Of a stretch of 64,000 nt of DNA, positions 1-10,522 are shown in pieces. The notes beneath the pieces are model-generated. The model did no database searches. It was not told the origin of the DNA and saw only the letters and a program-made list of their open reading frames with translations. Made by a program: the position numbers and the translations under genes. The stretch spans positions 1,975,880-2,039,879 of the forward strand of contig CBDFJG010000004.1 in NCBI GenBank assembly GCA_965248445.1. Reading direction: 5' to 3'. The DNA comes from Planctomycetota bacterium (GTDB taxonomy: Bacteria; Planctomycetota; JAJSAM01; JAJVHW01). Every line of letters starts with the position of its first letter. The first letter of the stretch is position 1.

Positions 1-226
1 GCCGGTGGATATCAGCGAAGGCGACAAGTACTCCAGCCTCGCGACCTACTACTTCGGGCACCACCCGGCGAACCGCTTCGAGATGAGTCGCGGTCGCGAT
101 CTGATCGTGGATCCCCTGCCCGAATCCGGACCCATCAACTTCCTCGCCTACCCCGTGCTCGAGGTGGCGGGGAAGCCGGTCAAGGCCGAGGTGACGTTCT
201 CGTTCGTCCGCCACGGCACCCGTTGA
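1..226 (+). CDS. C-terminal part of a transglutaminase-like domain protein (5' end outside the window)
   Basis: The C-terminus DISE..YYFG..RFEMSRGRDL..P..GPINFLAYP resembles bacterial transglutaminase-domain proteins; stop codon at 224-226. Confidence 0.55.
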   Translation, partial: PVDISEGDKYSSLATYYFGHHPANRFEMSRGRDLIVDPLPESGPINFLAYPVLEVAGKPVKAEVTFSFVRHGTR

Positions 227-265
227 ATCCCGAGCACGAGACGCTGCTCAGTGCCGGAGGACGTG

Positions 266-1369
266 ATGAACCCGCTGCAACGAGCCCTAACGACCGCGCT
301 GTTCACGTTGACCCTGTTGCCGGGCTGCAACGCCATGGGCCCCACGGCGGTCCGTGGTGCGCCGTTACCGTACAACGAAGCCATTGCGGCGACGCGCGAC
401 GAGCAGCAGCTCCTCAACCTGGTTCGGCTCCGCTATCGCGACGTGCCGCTCTTCCTCGACGTGGGCAGCCTGACGACGCAGTACACGTTCGACAGCTCGC
501 TCTCAGCCAGCTCCACTTTCGTAGACGGTTCGGCGGAGGACAGTCCGAGGTTCACCACGGGCGGCTCGATGAAGTGGTCGGAGAAGCCGACGGTCAGCTA
601 CTCCCCGCTCCAGGGCGAGAAGTTCGTCAAGCAGATGATGGCGCCGGTGCCGCTCGAGATTCTGGCGTTGCTCACCCGCTCGGGCTGGAGTTCGGGGCGC
701 GTGATGCGGCTGGCCGTCCAGAGCATGAACGGCGTCCTGAACGCCCCGACCGCATCCGGACCGACGCCGGGGAGTCCGCCCGTGTACAAGGACTTCCGTC
801 GGCTGGGCGGGCTGATCCGGGAACTCCAGCAGACCGGCCAGGCCCACGTCGCCATCTCAGGCGCGGCGGATGGTCCGCGGCTGGGCTGGGCGCTCCGCGC
901 GGGCGGCACCGAGACGGCCCAGGCCGCCGAGATCCGGCGCATCCTCCGGCTGCGCGAGGGCCGGACCTTCTACCCGATGGTCGCCGCGTACGACGATGCG
1001 CTGACCGATGACGGAGACCGCATCCGCGTCACGCCCCGGTCGTTCCTCGGCATCCTGTTCTACTTGTCGCACGCCGTCGAGGTTCCCGAGGAGCACTCCG
1101 CGCGGGGGTGGGTGACCAACACCACGGCTGCCGACGGGACGCCGTTCGACTGGGGCGAAGTCACGGGCGACCTGCTCCGTGTCCGGACCTCGTCGTCCAA
1201 GCCGGACGGCGCGTACGTCGCGATCCCCTATCGCGGCGCGTGGTTCTACATCGACGACGCGAACCTCGAGTCGAAGACGACGTTCGCGCTGCTGTCCTAC
1301 CTGTTCGCGCTCCAGGCCGGCGACCGCAAGTCGGTCACGCCCGCGCTGACGCTTCCGATCGGGGGCTAG
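266..1369 (+). CDS. Conserved hypothetical lipoprotein
   Basis: GGAGG at 256-260, ATG at 266, lipobox LPGC; motifs YNEAI..QQLLNLVRLRY.D.P.FL and Y.G.WFYIDD....SK.TF. Confidence 0.75.
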   Translation: MNPLQRALTTALFTLTLLPGCNAMGPTAVRGAPLPYNEAIAATRDEQQLLNLVRLRYRDVPLFLDVGSLTTQYTFDSSLSASSTFVDGSAEDSPRFTTGGSMKWSEKPTVSYSPLQGEKFVKQMMAPVPLEILALLTRSGWSSGRVMRLAVQSMNGVLNAPTASGPTPGSPPVYKDFRRLGGLIRELQQTGQAHVAISGAADGPRLGWALRAGGTETAQAAEIRRILRLREGRTFYPMVAAYDDALTDDGDRIRVTPRSFLGILFYLSHAVEVPEEHSARGWVTNTTAADGTPFDWGEVTGDLLRVRTSSSKPDGAYVAIPYRGAWFYIDDANLESKTTFALLSYLFALQAGDRKSVTPALTLPIGG

Positions 1370-1461
1370 CCCGCACCTCCCGACGCGGACGACGACACCG
1401 AACCAGTGCTCCTGATTCTCTCCTGACTCCGAATCGCCGCTGGACGCTGCGACCGAAGGCG

Positions 1462-2700
1462 CTACTTCACGCCCAAGAGGCGGAAGAGGTGGAAGCGCGA
1501 AGCGCGCGGGTAGCCAGTCGGAGGTCTTCTCACGCTCGCACAGCTTGGACGTGAACTCCTTCCACTCCGCTTCGAGAGCCTTGGAACCGGCGCGGTCGGT
1601 GATCCCCATCGCGTCGTAGAACAGCTTGGACGTCCAGATCCCGCCCTCGGCGAGCGGCTCCGTGGGCTTCGGCACGACCCACTCGCGCTCGAGATACCGC
1701 ACGAAGCGGTCGCGGTACTTCGGCTGTCCGAGTTCCTCCGCATACCAGAGGAAGTACACGAGACTCCATGCGCGCGCGTAGTAGAGGTTCGCGTAGACGG
1801 CGTGGACCGCGTCGAGCCAGGCGACCCAGCGCTCGTTCTCGGCCTGCGCGCGCGTGAGGCGCGGCGACACGCCAAGGACGGCCTGATCGAGTTCGCCGCC
1901 GTCCAGGGGCGTCATGAGCGCGTTCAGCGACCAGTCACTCCACTGCAGCTTCGGAAAGGCCTGTTCCACGATCCAGATGAGCTCCATGCGGCTGTCGAGC
2001 GGCTGCATCCAGCGCCGTGCGTCTCCGTCGCCCGCGTACGCCGAGAAGAACTCCGCGAAACCCTCCGAACTCCACAGCGGTTGCGACGAGCCGCGGTCCC
2101 AGGCAGGCGGATCGCCCCCCGCGGCGGTCGACAGCTCGCGCGTGTAGAAGTGGATGAGCTGATGCACGCCTTCGTGGCACTGGGTCTGGTAGGTCGCGTA
2201 CGGCTCCTCGTGTGTGCGCCCGTCGTGCGTCACGATGAAGCGTGGCTCCCGCTGCGAGTAGAACGCGCACACGCCGGCCATGCGGGGGCTCCACGCGTAG
2301 TACTGGCGGTTGAACCGCTCGAAGTCCTTCTCGCGCGAGAACGCGTGGATCTTCAACAGCGTGCCGAACTCCGCGTTGTCGGGGCCGTACTTCTTGAAGT
2401 CGAAGAGCGGTCCCAACTCGCGATGCCAGCCGTCGTAGAGCGTCGGGAACAACGTCGTCGTCTCGCGCAGGATGCGCTGCGCGCGGTTCATCTCCACCTC
2501 GTCCACGTCGGCAAGGTCCTTCCGCGGCGAACCCCCGACGGAGACGAAGATCACGTACGGGCCGACGGCCTCCCGCAGCGCCGGGTAGTCCTTCATCACC
2601 TCGAGGGTGCGCTGATAGACACCCCACTTCTCGACGCCGAGCCAGTAGGGACTCTGCAGCCACGCCGACGACGGAGAGCGCCACCTCACAGCGTCGATCG
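1462..2700 (-). pseudogene. DUF1570-like HExxH metallopeptidase-type protein; 5'-truncated and frameshifted near the 3' end
   Basis: HEGVHQL, W..EGFAEFF and Y..AWSLVYFL motifs. No credible start codon. Removing one copy of the tandem 7-mer AAGCGCG (1493-1506) restores ...DWLPARFHLFRLLGVK* with the stop at 1462-1464. Confidence 0.65.
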
Positions 2701-2723
2701 CTCCCGTCGGTCGCGTGACGATC

Positions 2724-2974
2724 TGCAGCGGTAGTGCAGCGGTAGCCGGAATCGGCCTGAAACGCGGGGTCCGAATGGGGCGCGCGAAGTCGCCGTAACT
2801 CGCTCGTGCGGCAATGGTTACGCGTGGTCGGGGCGAGAGGATTTGAACCTCCGGCCTCTTGCTCCCGAAGCAACGAGAGATCGTTGTCCAGCAAGGACTT
2901 ACGCGTGTCCCTCGCTGCACAAGCCGCACAAGAGGCAGGAGCGGGCGGACGTTGTGCAGCGGTAGTGCAGCGGT
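2724..2974. repeat. Pair of identical 20-bp direct repeats TGCAGCGGTAGTGCAGCGGT (2724-2743 and 2955-2974), candidate integrase arm-type sites
   Basis: Read directly from the sequence. Each repeat is a tandem of an 11-bp unit and lies 81 bp from the tRNA-Pro fragment. Confidence 0.75.
2825..2873 (-). tRNA. 3' half of tRNA-Pro(CGG), incomplete; att-site core
   Basis: Reverse complement TTGCTTCGGGAGCAAGAGGCCGGAGGTTCAAATCCTCTCGCCCCGACCA contains the anticodon arm (CGG), T arm and CCA end. The D arm and 5' acceptor strand are absent. Confidence 0.85.
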
Positions 2975-2984
2975 CCCGCGCAAC

Positions 2985-3748
2985 GGCTCAAGCGCCCGGG
3001 ACATCCGCCGCTCGATGTTGCTGACGCTGCCGACCGAGATCTTCACGTCGAAGGCCTCGGAGAGCAGACGTGCCGCCTCCGCCCGGCTCAGTCGGTAGGC
3101 GGCCACGAGGGTGACGACCAGAGCCTGCAGTCGAGGCCCGAAGGCGCTGGGGGACACGCCTTCGGGCAGATCCGCGAAGACCGCGTCGCCGCAGTGCCCG
3201 CAGAGCCGCCCGCGTAGGCGGTGCTCGGTGATCGTCGCCAAGAGCGGCGGGATCTCGGTGACCTGGTGGCGGCGAGGGGCGATCCCACCGTCCACGAGCT
3301 CTACGTGTCCGCACGTGCGGCACGCGCTCGGCTCGTGGTCGACGATCTCATCGACGTCGCCTGGATCGACGAGGTTGCGCGTCTTGCCCGGATGGCCGGG
3401 CTGAGCGCCCTGCTTCTTGTCAGACGGCGGACGGCGACGGCCGCGGCGCTTGGACCACGGGCCGTCACTCGACGGAGGGCGTGAGGACGTGCTGGAGTCG
3501 CGCCTGAGGCGCGACTCCAGCTGCGCGATGCGCCCGATGCGCCGCAAGTGCTGGCGCTCTCGACCCTCGAGCTCGGCGATGCGACGCAGCAGGCGACCGA
3601 CGAGCTCGCGCAGCTCCGCGATCACAGCGCGGAGGTCGTCGGCAAGCCCGTTGGAGTCCACACCTCATAGATCGACCGACGATGCGCTCTTCGGGATCCA
3701 GTCCAAATCAGCCTCCGATCGGGGCTTCCGACCGACGTGAAGGGTTAC
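2985..3748 (-). mobile_element. Truncated IS66-family element (single-ORF type); transposase N-terminal fragment 3661 to about 2985
   Basis: Coiled coil, SSTSSRPPSSD, GAQPGH.G, CxxC...CxxC zinc finger and FGPRLQA motifs; the DDE domain is missing. An IS66-like end GTAACC starts at 3748 on the minus strand. Confidence 0.85.
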
Positions 3749-3926
3749 CCTGCTGCGAGCTCAAGTGTGGCGAGTTCAGATGCGACCTCGCTACGATCGC
3801 CGCGGGAGGGAAGAGACCATGGCTCGGTCCAATCGAAGCGTGAGTGTGATCACACTGCGGGGTTGGCATCCTCCTTGTGCCCGCGCGCGGTCCAGACGCC
3901 GCAGCGCCGTTGCGGTCGCGGGCGCG

Positions 3927-5025
3927 ATGCGAATCCTGGTGGGCATCGCCCTCCTCCTCCTCCTCGTCGGCTGCTCGTCTGCGCTCAGACGCGGCGATCG
4001 CGCGTGGGAGGCGCAGCGGTGGGACAAGGCAGCGAAGTACTACCAAGAGGCACTCGAGGACGGCAAGACCGAGGGCCGTGGGGACGAGATCCGGCAGCGC
4101 GCGGAGACATCGCGAGATCGCGCAGCGGATGAGTACTTCGAGCGGGCGCGAATCGAGCGCGCGTCCGGAGACCTCGGGGCGGCGATGGCGAGTGCGCAGG
4201 AAGCCCTCACGTACCGCGCACGCGATGACATCGCTGCCGAGTTGCGATCGATGCGGCAGGAGCGCGGAGGGGAGTTGGCGCGGGAGGGTCGGGCGGCAGC
4301 CGCGGCCGGCGACTTCAGTCGCGCAGAGACCGCGTTGAGCGAGGCCAAGAGCATGGACTCGACACTCAATGTCGATCAGGATCTCGCGCACGCGCGGAAG
4401 GAAGCCGAGGTGGCGCGAGCGGTCGCGTTCGCCGAGAGCACGACAGCGGGGAAGGCCGCATTCGAACAGCGCGAGTGGACCGAGGCACTTGCACGCTTCA
4501 ACGACGCGCTCCAGAACGGTGACGATGAGCATGTGCGTCGACTGCGGGACTTCTGCTCGGCGATTCTGACGGCGGAGTCAAGCGCCGCCGCGGGGCAGTG
4601 GGACGCCGCCGCGAGGGCGTTCGGCACTGCGAAGCAGCTACAAGTTGCGCCGGACGTCATCGCCGAGCGCGAGCCGTTCCTCGTCGAGCGTAACTACACG
4701 ATCACGCTACACAGCGCGGTCATTCTGCCGTTCAAGCCGCAGGACCATCGGAAGTGGGACGGTCTTGCCGTTGGGACGGTGAGGCAGGCCGGGTCGGTGC
4801 TCAAGGGGCTCGGCGCGCTCTCCGCCTCACCGCCAGTTGCCTACATCGAACTTGCAACGCTTGTCGCAGGCGTTGGGAACACGGGGATCGGCCCGCCGGA
4901 CTGCTATCCAATCTTCGATGTAGACAATAGGGAGACCCCCTACCGCAATGATGTCATCGAGAACTCGCTGGAGCCGTCGTGGAACCTCTGGGTGAACGTG
5001 CGAGCGACTGCGAGCGACAAGCGGG
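3927..5025 (+). pseudogene. TPR-like helical lipoprotein, C-terminus cut by IS3
   Basis: Signal peptide and lipobox MRILVGIALLLLLVGC; Ala-rich TPR-like helices; the frame runs into the IS end at 5026. Confidence 0.7.
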
Positions 5026-5097
5026 CCCTCTGTGCCAACGTGGCTGAGACACCGACCCCACGGATGATTACTGTGCAGGGCGGTGGAGGAACCAGCG

Positions 5098-5601
5098 ATG
5101 ACGAACAACCACAACACAGCGCCGGGGGAGATCCCGGAGCCGAGGGAGGGCGAGCATAGCGAGCGCGATCGAGGCGGAGGGGGCTCCCCCGGGGCGCGCG
5201 GCCCGGGGGACGTTGGGGTGCGCGACCCCGAGGTCGTGCCGCGCGCCTCGCGGCGGCGCTTTGGCGCCGCGTACAAGCTACGGATCATCGAGGCGGCGGA
5301 CGCGTGCACGAAGCCCGGCGAGATCGGCGCTCTCTTGCGCCGTGAGGGGCTGTACTCCTCGCACTTGTTGACGTGGCGGCGCGCGCGGGACCAGGGCCAG
5401 CTCGAGGCGCTCTCGCCCAAGCGGCGTGGTCCCAAGCCCGATCCGGACCGTGCGCTCAAGAAGCGCAACGAGCAGCTCGAGCGCGAAGTCGCCCGTCTCG
5501 AGAAGCGGCTCGAGACGGCCGAGGTGATCATCGACGTGCAGCGAAAAGTCTCACGGCTGCTGGGCATCGAGATGCCCGAGACGAGCGGGAGCGACACGTG
5601 A
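5098..5601 (+). CDS. IS3-family transposase OrfA (HTH)
   Basis: RRRF.AAYKLRII..AD.C...GEIGALLRREGLYSSHL..WR plus a leucine-zipper-like coil; GGAGGA upstream. Confidence 0.9.
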   Translation: MTNNHNTAPGEIPEPREGEHSERDRGGGGSPGARGPGDVGVRDPEVVPRASRRRFGAAYKLRIIEAADACTKPGEIGALLRREGLYSSHLLTWRRARDQGQLEALSPKRRGPKPDPDRALKKRNEQLEREVARLEKRLETAEVIIDVQRKVSRLLGIEMPETSGSDT

Positions 5602-6626
5602 TTGCGGCGGAGGAGCTGGGGGGACGCGTGGGCGTCGCCCCCGCGTGCCGCGCGCTCGGAGTCACGCGCGCCACGCTCTATCGGCGCCGAACGGCACGCA
5701 CGTGCCCCCGGCCCCAGCAGCCGCGCCGGCGCTCGCCGCGCGCCCTCACGATCGACGAGCGTCTTACCGTACTCGCGGTGCTGAGCGAGGAGCGCTTCTG
5801 CGATCTGTCACCGCTTGCGGCGTGGGCGATCCTGCTCGACGAGGGACGCTACCTGTGCTCGGTGCGCACGATGTACCGCATCCTCGGTGCGGCTGGTGCT
5901 GTGCGTGAGCGCCGCAACCAGCTGCGTCATCCCGCGTACAAGAAGCCCGAGCTCCTCGCGACCTCCCCGAACCAGGTCTGGAGCTGGGACATCACCAAGC
6001 TCCGCGGCCCGGTGAAGTGGAGCTACTTCTATCTCTACGTCGTGCTCGACATCTACTCCCGCAACGTCGTGGGCTGGATGCTGGCGGACTGCGAGAGCGG
6101 TGCGCTGGCGACGGCACTCATCGAGCAGTCCTGCGAGAAGCAGGGGATCGCGGCGGAGCAGCTCACGATCCACTCCGATCGGGGGCCGCCGATGATCAGC
6201 AAGCCGGTGGCCTTTCTGCTCGCCGATCTCGGCGTGACGAAGTCGCACAGCCGGCCGTACACGTCGAATGACAATCCGTTTTCCGAGAGCCAATTCCGCA
6301 CGCTGAAGTACCGGCCGGACTTCCCAGCGCGCTTCGGCTGCATCGAGGACGCGCGGGCGCACTGCCGCGCCTTTTTCCACTGGTACAACCGCGAGCATCG
6401 TCACTCGAGTCTCGGGCTGCTGACGCCCGAGACCGTGCACTACGGCCGCGCCGAAGCGGCCGTCGCCGCGCGCTCGGTCGTGCTCGATGCCGCGTACGCG
6501 GCGCATCCCGAGCGCTTCGTGCGCCGTGCGCCGACGCCGCCGGCTCTGCCGACCGAGACGTGGATCAACCCGCCGGCCCGGGAACTCGCGGCGCTGGAGA
6601 CTGCGACACAGGAGGCTGCTCACTAA
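5598..6626 (+). CDS. IS3-family transposase OrfB (DDE integrase core)
   Basis: PNQVWSWDITKL, HSDRG and SNDNPFSESQF motifs; GTGA overlap with orfA. Confidence 0.92.
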   Translation: MIAAEELGGRVGVAPACRALGVTRATLYRRRTARTCPRPQQPRRRSPRALTIDERLTVLAVLSEERFCDLSPLAAWAILLDEGRYLCSVRTMYRILGAAGAVRERRNQLRHPAYKKPELLATSPNQVWSWDITKLRGPVKWSYFYLYVVLDIYSRNVVGWMLADCESGALATALIEQSCEKQGIAAEQLTIHSDRGPPMISKPVAFLLADLGVTKSHSRPYTSNDNPFSESQFRTLKYRPDFPARFGCIEDARAHCRAFFHWYNREHRHSSLGLLTPETVHYGRAEAAVAARSVVLDAAYAAHPERFVRRAPTPPALPTETWINPPARELAALETATQEAAH

Positions 6627-6667
6627 ACTCGAAGACGCGGTGTCTCAAAGTCGTTGACACGTCCCGC

Positions 6668-6905
6668 TCCCCGCGAAGTACTGCGACGTAATCGTGTCAA
6701 CCCAGAAGCCCGGGTCGCGGATCGCAACGCCCCTCGTGTCGTTGCGCAGGTCCTTGTCGAGTTCGTAGAAAACCCTCTCCCGGTCCGCCGATGCGCTTGC
6801 GTCGATGTCGCCGCCGATCAGCGCGCCAACATGGCCCTCGATCGCCTTCTTGACAGCGGCGCCCGAAGGACGCTCGGGGCGGGCAGTCGGCTCGGGCGGC
6901 GGCTG
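6668..6905 (-). pseudogene. Inverted N-proximal fragment of the gene continuing at 8548-9568
   Basis: The reverse complement ends ...TAC TTC GCG GGG AG and joins in frame to the sequence right of IS copy 2 (YFAG-RSRKSASHG). Confidence 0.8.
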
Positions 6906-8547
6906 GCGGGACGTGTCAACGACTTTGAGACACCGCGTCTTCGAGTTTAGTGAGCAGCCTCCTGTGTCGCAGTCTCCAGCGCCGCGAGTTCCCGGGCCGG
7001 CGGGTTGATCCACGTCTCGGTCGGCAGAGCCGGCGGCGTCGGCGCACGGCGCACGAAGCGCTCGGGATGCGCCGCGTACGCGGCATCGAGCACGACCGAG
7101 CGCGCGGCGACGGCCGCTTCGGCGCGGCCGTAGTGCACGGTCTCGGGCGTCAGCAGCCCGAGACTCGAGTGACGATGCTCGCGGTTGTACCAGTGGAAAA
7201 AGGCGCGGCAGTGCGCCCGCGCGTCCTCGATGCAGCCGAAGCGCGCTGGGAAGTCCGGCCGGTACTTCAGCGTGCGGAATTGGCTCTCGGAAAACGGATT
7301 GTCATTCGACGTGTACGGCCGGCTGTGCGACTTCGTCACGCCGAGATCGGCGAGCAGAAAGGCCACCGGCTTGCTGATCATCGGCGGCCCCCGATCGGAG
7401 TGGATCGTGAGCTGCTCCGCCGCGATCCCCTGCTTCTCGCAGGACTGCTCGATGAGTGCCGTCGCCAGCGCACCGCTCTCGCAGTCCGCCAGCATCCAGC
7501 CCACGACGTTGCGGGAGTAGATGTCGAGCACGACGTAGAGATAGAAGTAGCTCCACTTCACCGGGCCGCGGAGCTTGGTGATGTCCCAGCTCCAGACCTG
7601 GTTCGGGGAGGTCGCGAGGAGCTCGGGCTTCTTGTACGCGGGATGACGCAGCTGGTTGCGGCGCTCACGCACAGCACCAGCCGCACCGAGGATGCGGTAC
7701 ATCGTGCGCACCGAGCACAGGTAGCGTCCCTCGTCGAGCAGGATCGCCCACGCCGCAAGCGGTGACAGATCGCAGAAGCGCTCCTCGCTCAGCACCGCGA
7801 GTACGGTAAGACGCTCGTCGATCGTGAGGGCGCGCGGCGAGCGCCGGCGCGGCTGCTGGGGCCGGGGGCACGTGCGTGCCGTTCGGCGCCGATAGAGCGT
7901 GGCGCGCGTGACTCCGAGCGCGCGGCACGCGGGGGCGACGCCCACGCGTCCCCCCAGCTCCTCCGCCGCAATCACGTGTCGCTCCCGCTCGTCTCGGGCA
8001 TCTCGATGCCCAGCAGCCGTGAGACTTTTCGCTGCACGTCGATGATCACCTCGGCCGTCTCGAGCCGCTTCTCGAGACGGGCGACTTCGCGCTCGAGCTG
8101 CTCGTTGCGCTTCTTGAGCGCACGGTCCGGATCGGGCTTGGGACCACGCCGCTTGGGCGAGAGCGCCTCGAGCTGGCCCTGGTCCCGCGCGCGCCGCCAC
8201 GTCAACAAGTGCGAGGAGTACAGCCCCTCACGGCGCAAGAGAGCGCCGATCTCGCCGGGCTTCGTGCACGCGTCCGCCGCCTCGATGATCCGTAGCTTGT
8301 ACGCGGCGCCAAAGCGCCGCCGCGAGGCGCGCGGCACGACCTCGGGGTCGCGCACCCCAACGTCCCCCGGGCCGCGCGCCCCGGGGGAGCCCCCTCCGCC
8401 TCGATCGCGCTCGCTATGCTCGCCCTCCCTCGGCTCCGGGATCTCCCCCGGCGCTGTGTTGTGGTTGTTCGTCATCGCTGGTTCCTCCACCGCCCTGCAC
8501 AGTAATCATCCGTGGGGTCGGTGTCTCAGCCACGTTGGCACAGAGGG
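6906..8547 (-). mobile_element. IS3-family insertion sequence, copy 2 (inverted); orfA 8475-7972, orfB 7975-6947
   Basis: ORF translations identical to copy 1; same length. Confidence 0.93.
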
Positions 8548-9568
8548 GAGGTCGCGCAAGTCCGCCAGCCACGGGAGGGTGATCACCGAAGACATGGACG
8601 TCGACTACGCCGACGGCAGTCCTGGCAAGGTCCCCATCGTGTTCCACGGTGGGCTGGCCTACTCGCCCAAGCGCGCCCATCCCCTCCTCGTGTGCGTCGT
8701 GGCCGGCGACCAGAACGCGAAGACGTACCTGGAGTCGAACTGGCTCGCCCACGAGGTGATCAAGAGAGGTTGGATCGTGGCGGCGGTCAAGGAGTCGGGC
8801 AAGTTCCCGATCTCCGGGCAGCCGTGGCTCATCGCGCACGCGTTCACGCACCTGCGCGAACGTTTCAACGTGCACCCCAATCGCTTCTACATGGAGGCCG
8901 AGGGCGCGGTCTGCGAGACGATCCAGTCCGTCGCGGGCAACGCCATCCCGGACCGCCTCGCCGCGCTCGTCCTGCGCAAGCCGACCAAGGCCGTCACGAG
9001 CGACAACACCAACCTCTACACCACCGTCGTCGTCCACGAGGGTGACGACGACGCCACGGCCGAGGCCTACGCCGAGTTGACCGAGGGCAACAAGGCCTTC
9101 AAGGACGGCGAGACTGCGATGGCAGACGTGGCGTCATGGCTCGACGCCCACCCCGGCCGAGCCACTCCGACTGAGTACTCGTTCACGACCGCAACGAGCG
9201 AGGACGGCATCGCGTCGCAGTGGACGGGGACCATGCTGATCGTCAGCCCGCAGAAGCGCGGCGACGACATCACCATGAGCGTCAAGTACGACCGCGATGC
9301 CGGTGTCGTGGACATCAACGCGACGAATCTCGGCGAGTTCACGCTCTACCTCAACGACGACCTCATGGATCTGGACAACCCCGTCTCGATCCAGGTGAAC
9401 GCCGAGGTCGTGGCCACGCGGAAGTTCGAGCGCTCGATCCGCGACATGTTCGAGACCGCCGACACCTTTGGTGAGTACGGCCGCGTCTTCATGGCCGACT
9501 ACCGCGGGTTCGCGCCCGCGCCCCCAGCCGAAGCGGACGCAGACGGGGACGATGCGGACGACAACTGA
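8548..9568 (+). pseudogene. C-terminal remainder of a hypothetical protein with a degenerate alpha/beta-hydrolase-like fold
   Basis: Strong high-GC codon bias; Y.PKRAHPLLV, GWIVAA and FNVHPNRFY segments recall the esterase-like proteins at 19958 and 36885 but lack a GxSxG motif. Confidence 0.6.
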
Positions 9569-9829
9569 AGAACAGCGGCGCGAAGCCGTCCCAACGTGGT
9601 CAGGTCGAGAACTACCAACATCCTTCCGCCGCACGAACCCTCGCAGCCACCCACGCCCTGCGGCCATCCCCACCGTCTAGACTCCCCTCATGGTGTCCCC
9701 TCCGCGGCGGCCGAGACGGTGGAGTCTGCGCGGGCTCCGTTGGGCGCTGCGCATCGGTGCGGTCGCCGCACTCGCGGCATTGACCGCGGCGCCGGAGTGG
9801 CACAGCCCTCCGGAACTGCAGGAGGTCCG

Positions 9830-10519
9830 ATGAACACGTGGCGCCGCCTGATGGCACTCATCGCCGTCGTCGCCCTTGCGTCGACGGCGCTGGCGCACGG
9901 GGTCGACGATCCCACACGGACCTTCCTCGAGCAGGTCACCGGCCCGGAGATCGTTCCCTTCATCTACATCGGGGCGAAGCACATGGTGACCGGGTATGAC
10001 CACCTGCTCTTCCTGGTCGGCGTCATCTTCTTCCTCTACAGCAGCCGCGACGTCCTCGTCTACGTCAGCTTCTTTACGATCGGGCACAGCCTGACGCTCA
10101 TGACGGGGGTCCTCGCCGGCATCTCGGTGAACGCCTACCTCATCGACGCGATCATCGGCTTCTCGATCGTCTACAAGGGCTTCGACAACCTCGGAGGGCT
10201 GAGGCGCGTGCTCGGGTTCCAACCGAACACGAAGGCCGCAGTCCTGATCTTCGGCCTTTTCCATGGCTTCGGACTCGCGACAAAACTCCAGGAGTTCGCG
10301 ATCCCGGCGAACGGGTTGTTCACCAACTTGGCGGCGTTCAACGTCGGGGTCGAACTCGGGCAGTTCGTGGCGCTGGGCTTCGTTCTGCTGGCCATCCTGT
10401 ACTGGCGCCGCCATCCGAGCTTCCTGCGCCGCGCTTGGGCAGCGAACGTCCTCCTGATGAGCGGCGGCATGCTGCTCGTCGGCTACCAACTGTCCGGCTA
10501 CGTACTCTCGAAGGGCTGA
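9830..10519 (+). CDS. HupE/UreJ-family membrane protein (putative Ni/Co permease)
   Basis: GGAGG and ATG at 9830; AHG after the signal peptide; GAKHMVTGYDHLLF, FTIGHSLTL, FGLFHGFG and FNVGVELGQ motifs. Confidence 0.88.
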   Translation: MNTWRRLMALIAVVALASTALAHGVDDPTRTFLEQVTGPEIVPFIYIGAKHMVTGYDHLLFLVGVIFFLYSSRDVLVYVSFFTIGHSLTLMTGVLAGISVNAYLIDAIIGFSIVYKGFDNLGGLRRVLGFQPNTKAAVLIFGLFHGFGLATKLQEFAIPANGLFTNLAAFNVGVELGQFVALGFVLLAILYWRRHPSFLRRAWAANVLLMSGGMLLVGYQLSGYVLSKG

Positions 10520-10522
10520 TCC

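Larger units (their letters stand above)
5026..6667 (+). mobile_element. IS3-family insertion sequence, copy 1 (about 1642 bp)
   Basis: Reverse complement of 6906-8547 (identical ORF translations and matching ends). Imperfect IRs GTGCCAACGTGGCTGAGACACC and GTGTCAACGACTTTGAGACACC. Confidence 0.93.

Noticed and set aside
857..3661. 934-aa ORF appearing to fuse an IS66 transposase with a metallopeptidase
   Set aside because: Chance open frame across an IS fragment, the att/tRNA junction, a truncated gene and a frameshifted tail antisense to the 266-1369 gene.
5590..5601. Programmed -1 frameshift between IS3 orfA and orfB
   Set aside because: No A6G/A7-type slippery site at the overlap; the GTGA overlap suggests translational coupling instead.
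7976..9568. 530-aa ORF
   Set aside because: Its first about 190 codons are antisense to IS3 orfA; only 8548-9568 is genuine coding sequence.
9569..9829. Cobalamin or metal riboswitch upstream of hupE/ureJ
   Set aside because: No recognisable B12-box or other conserved riboswitch motif by eye; a covariance-model search would be needed.
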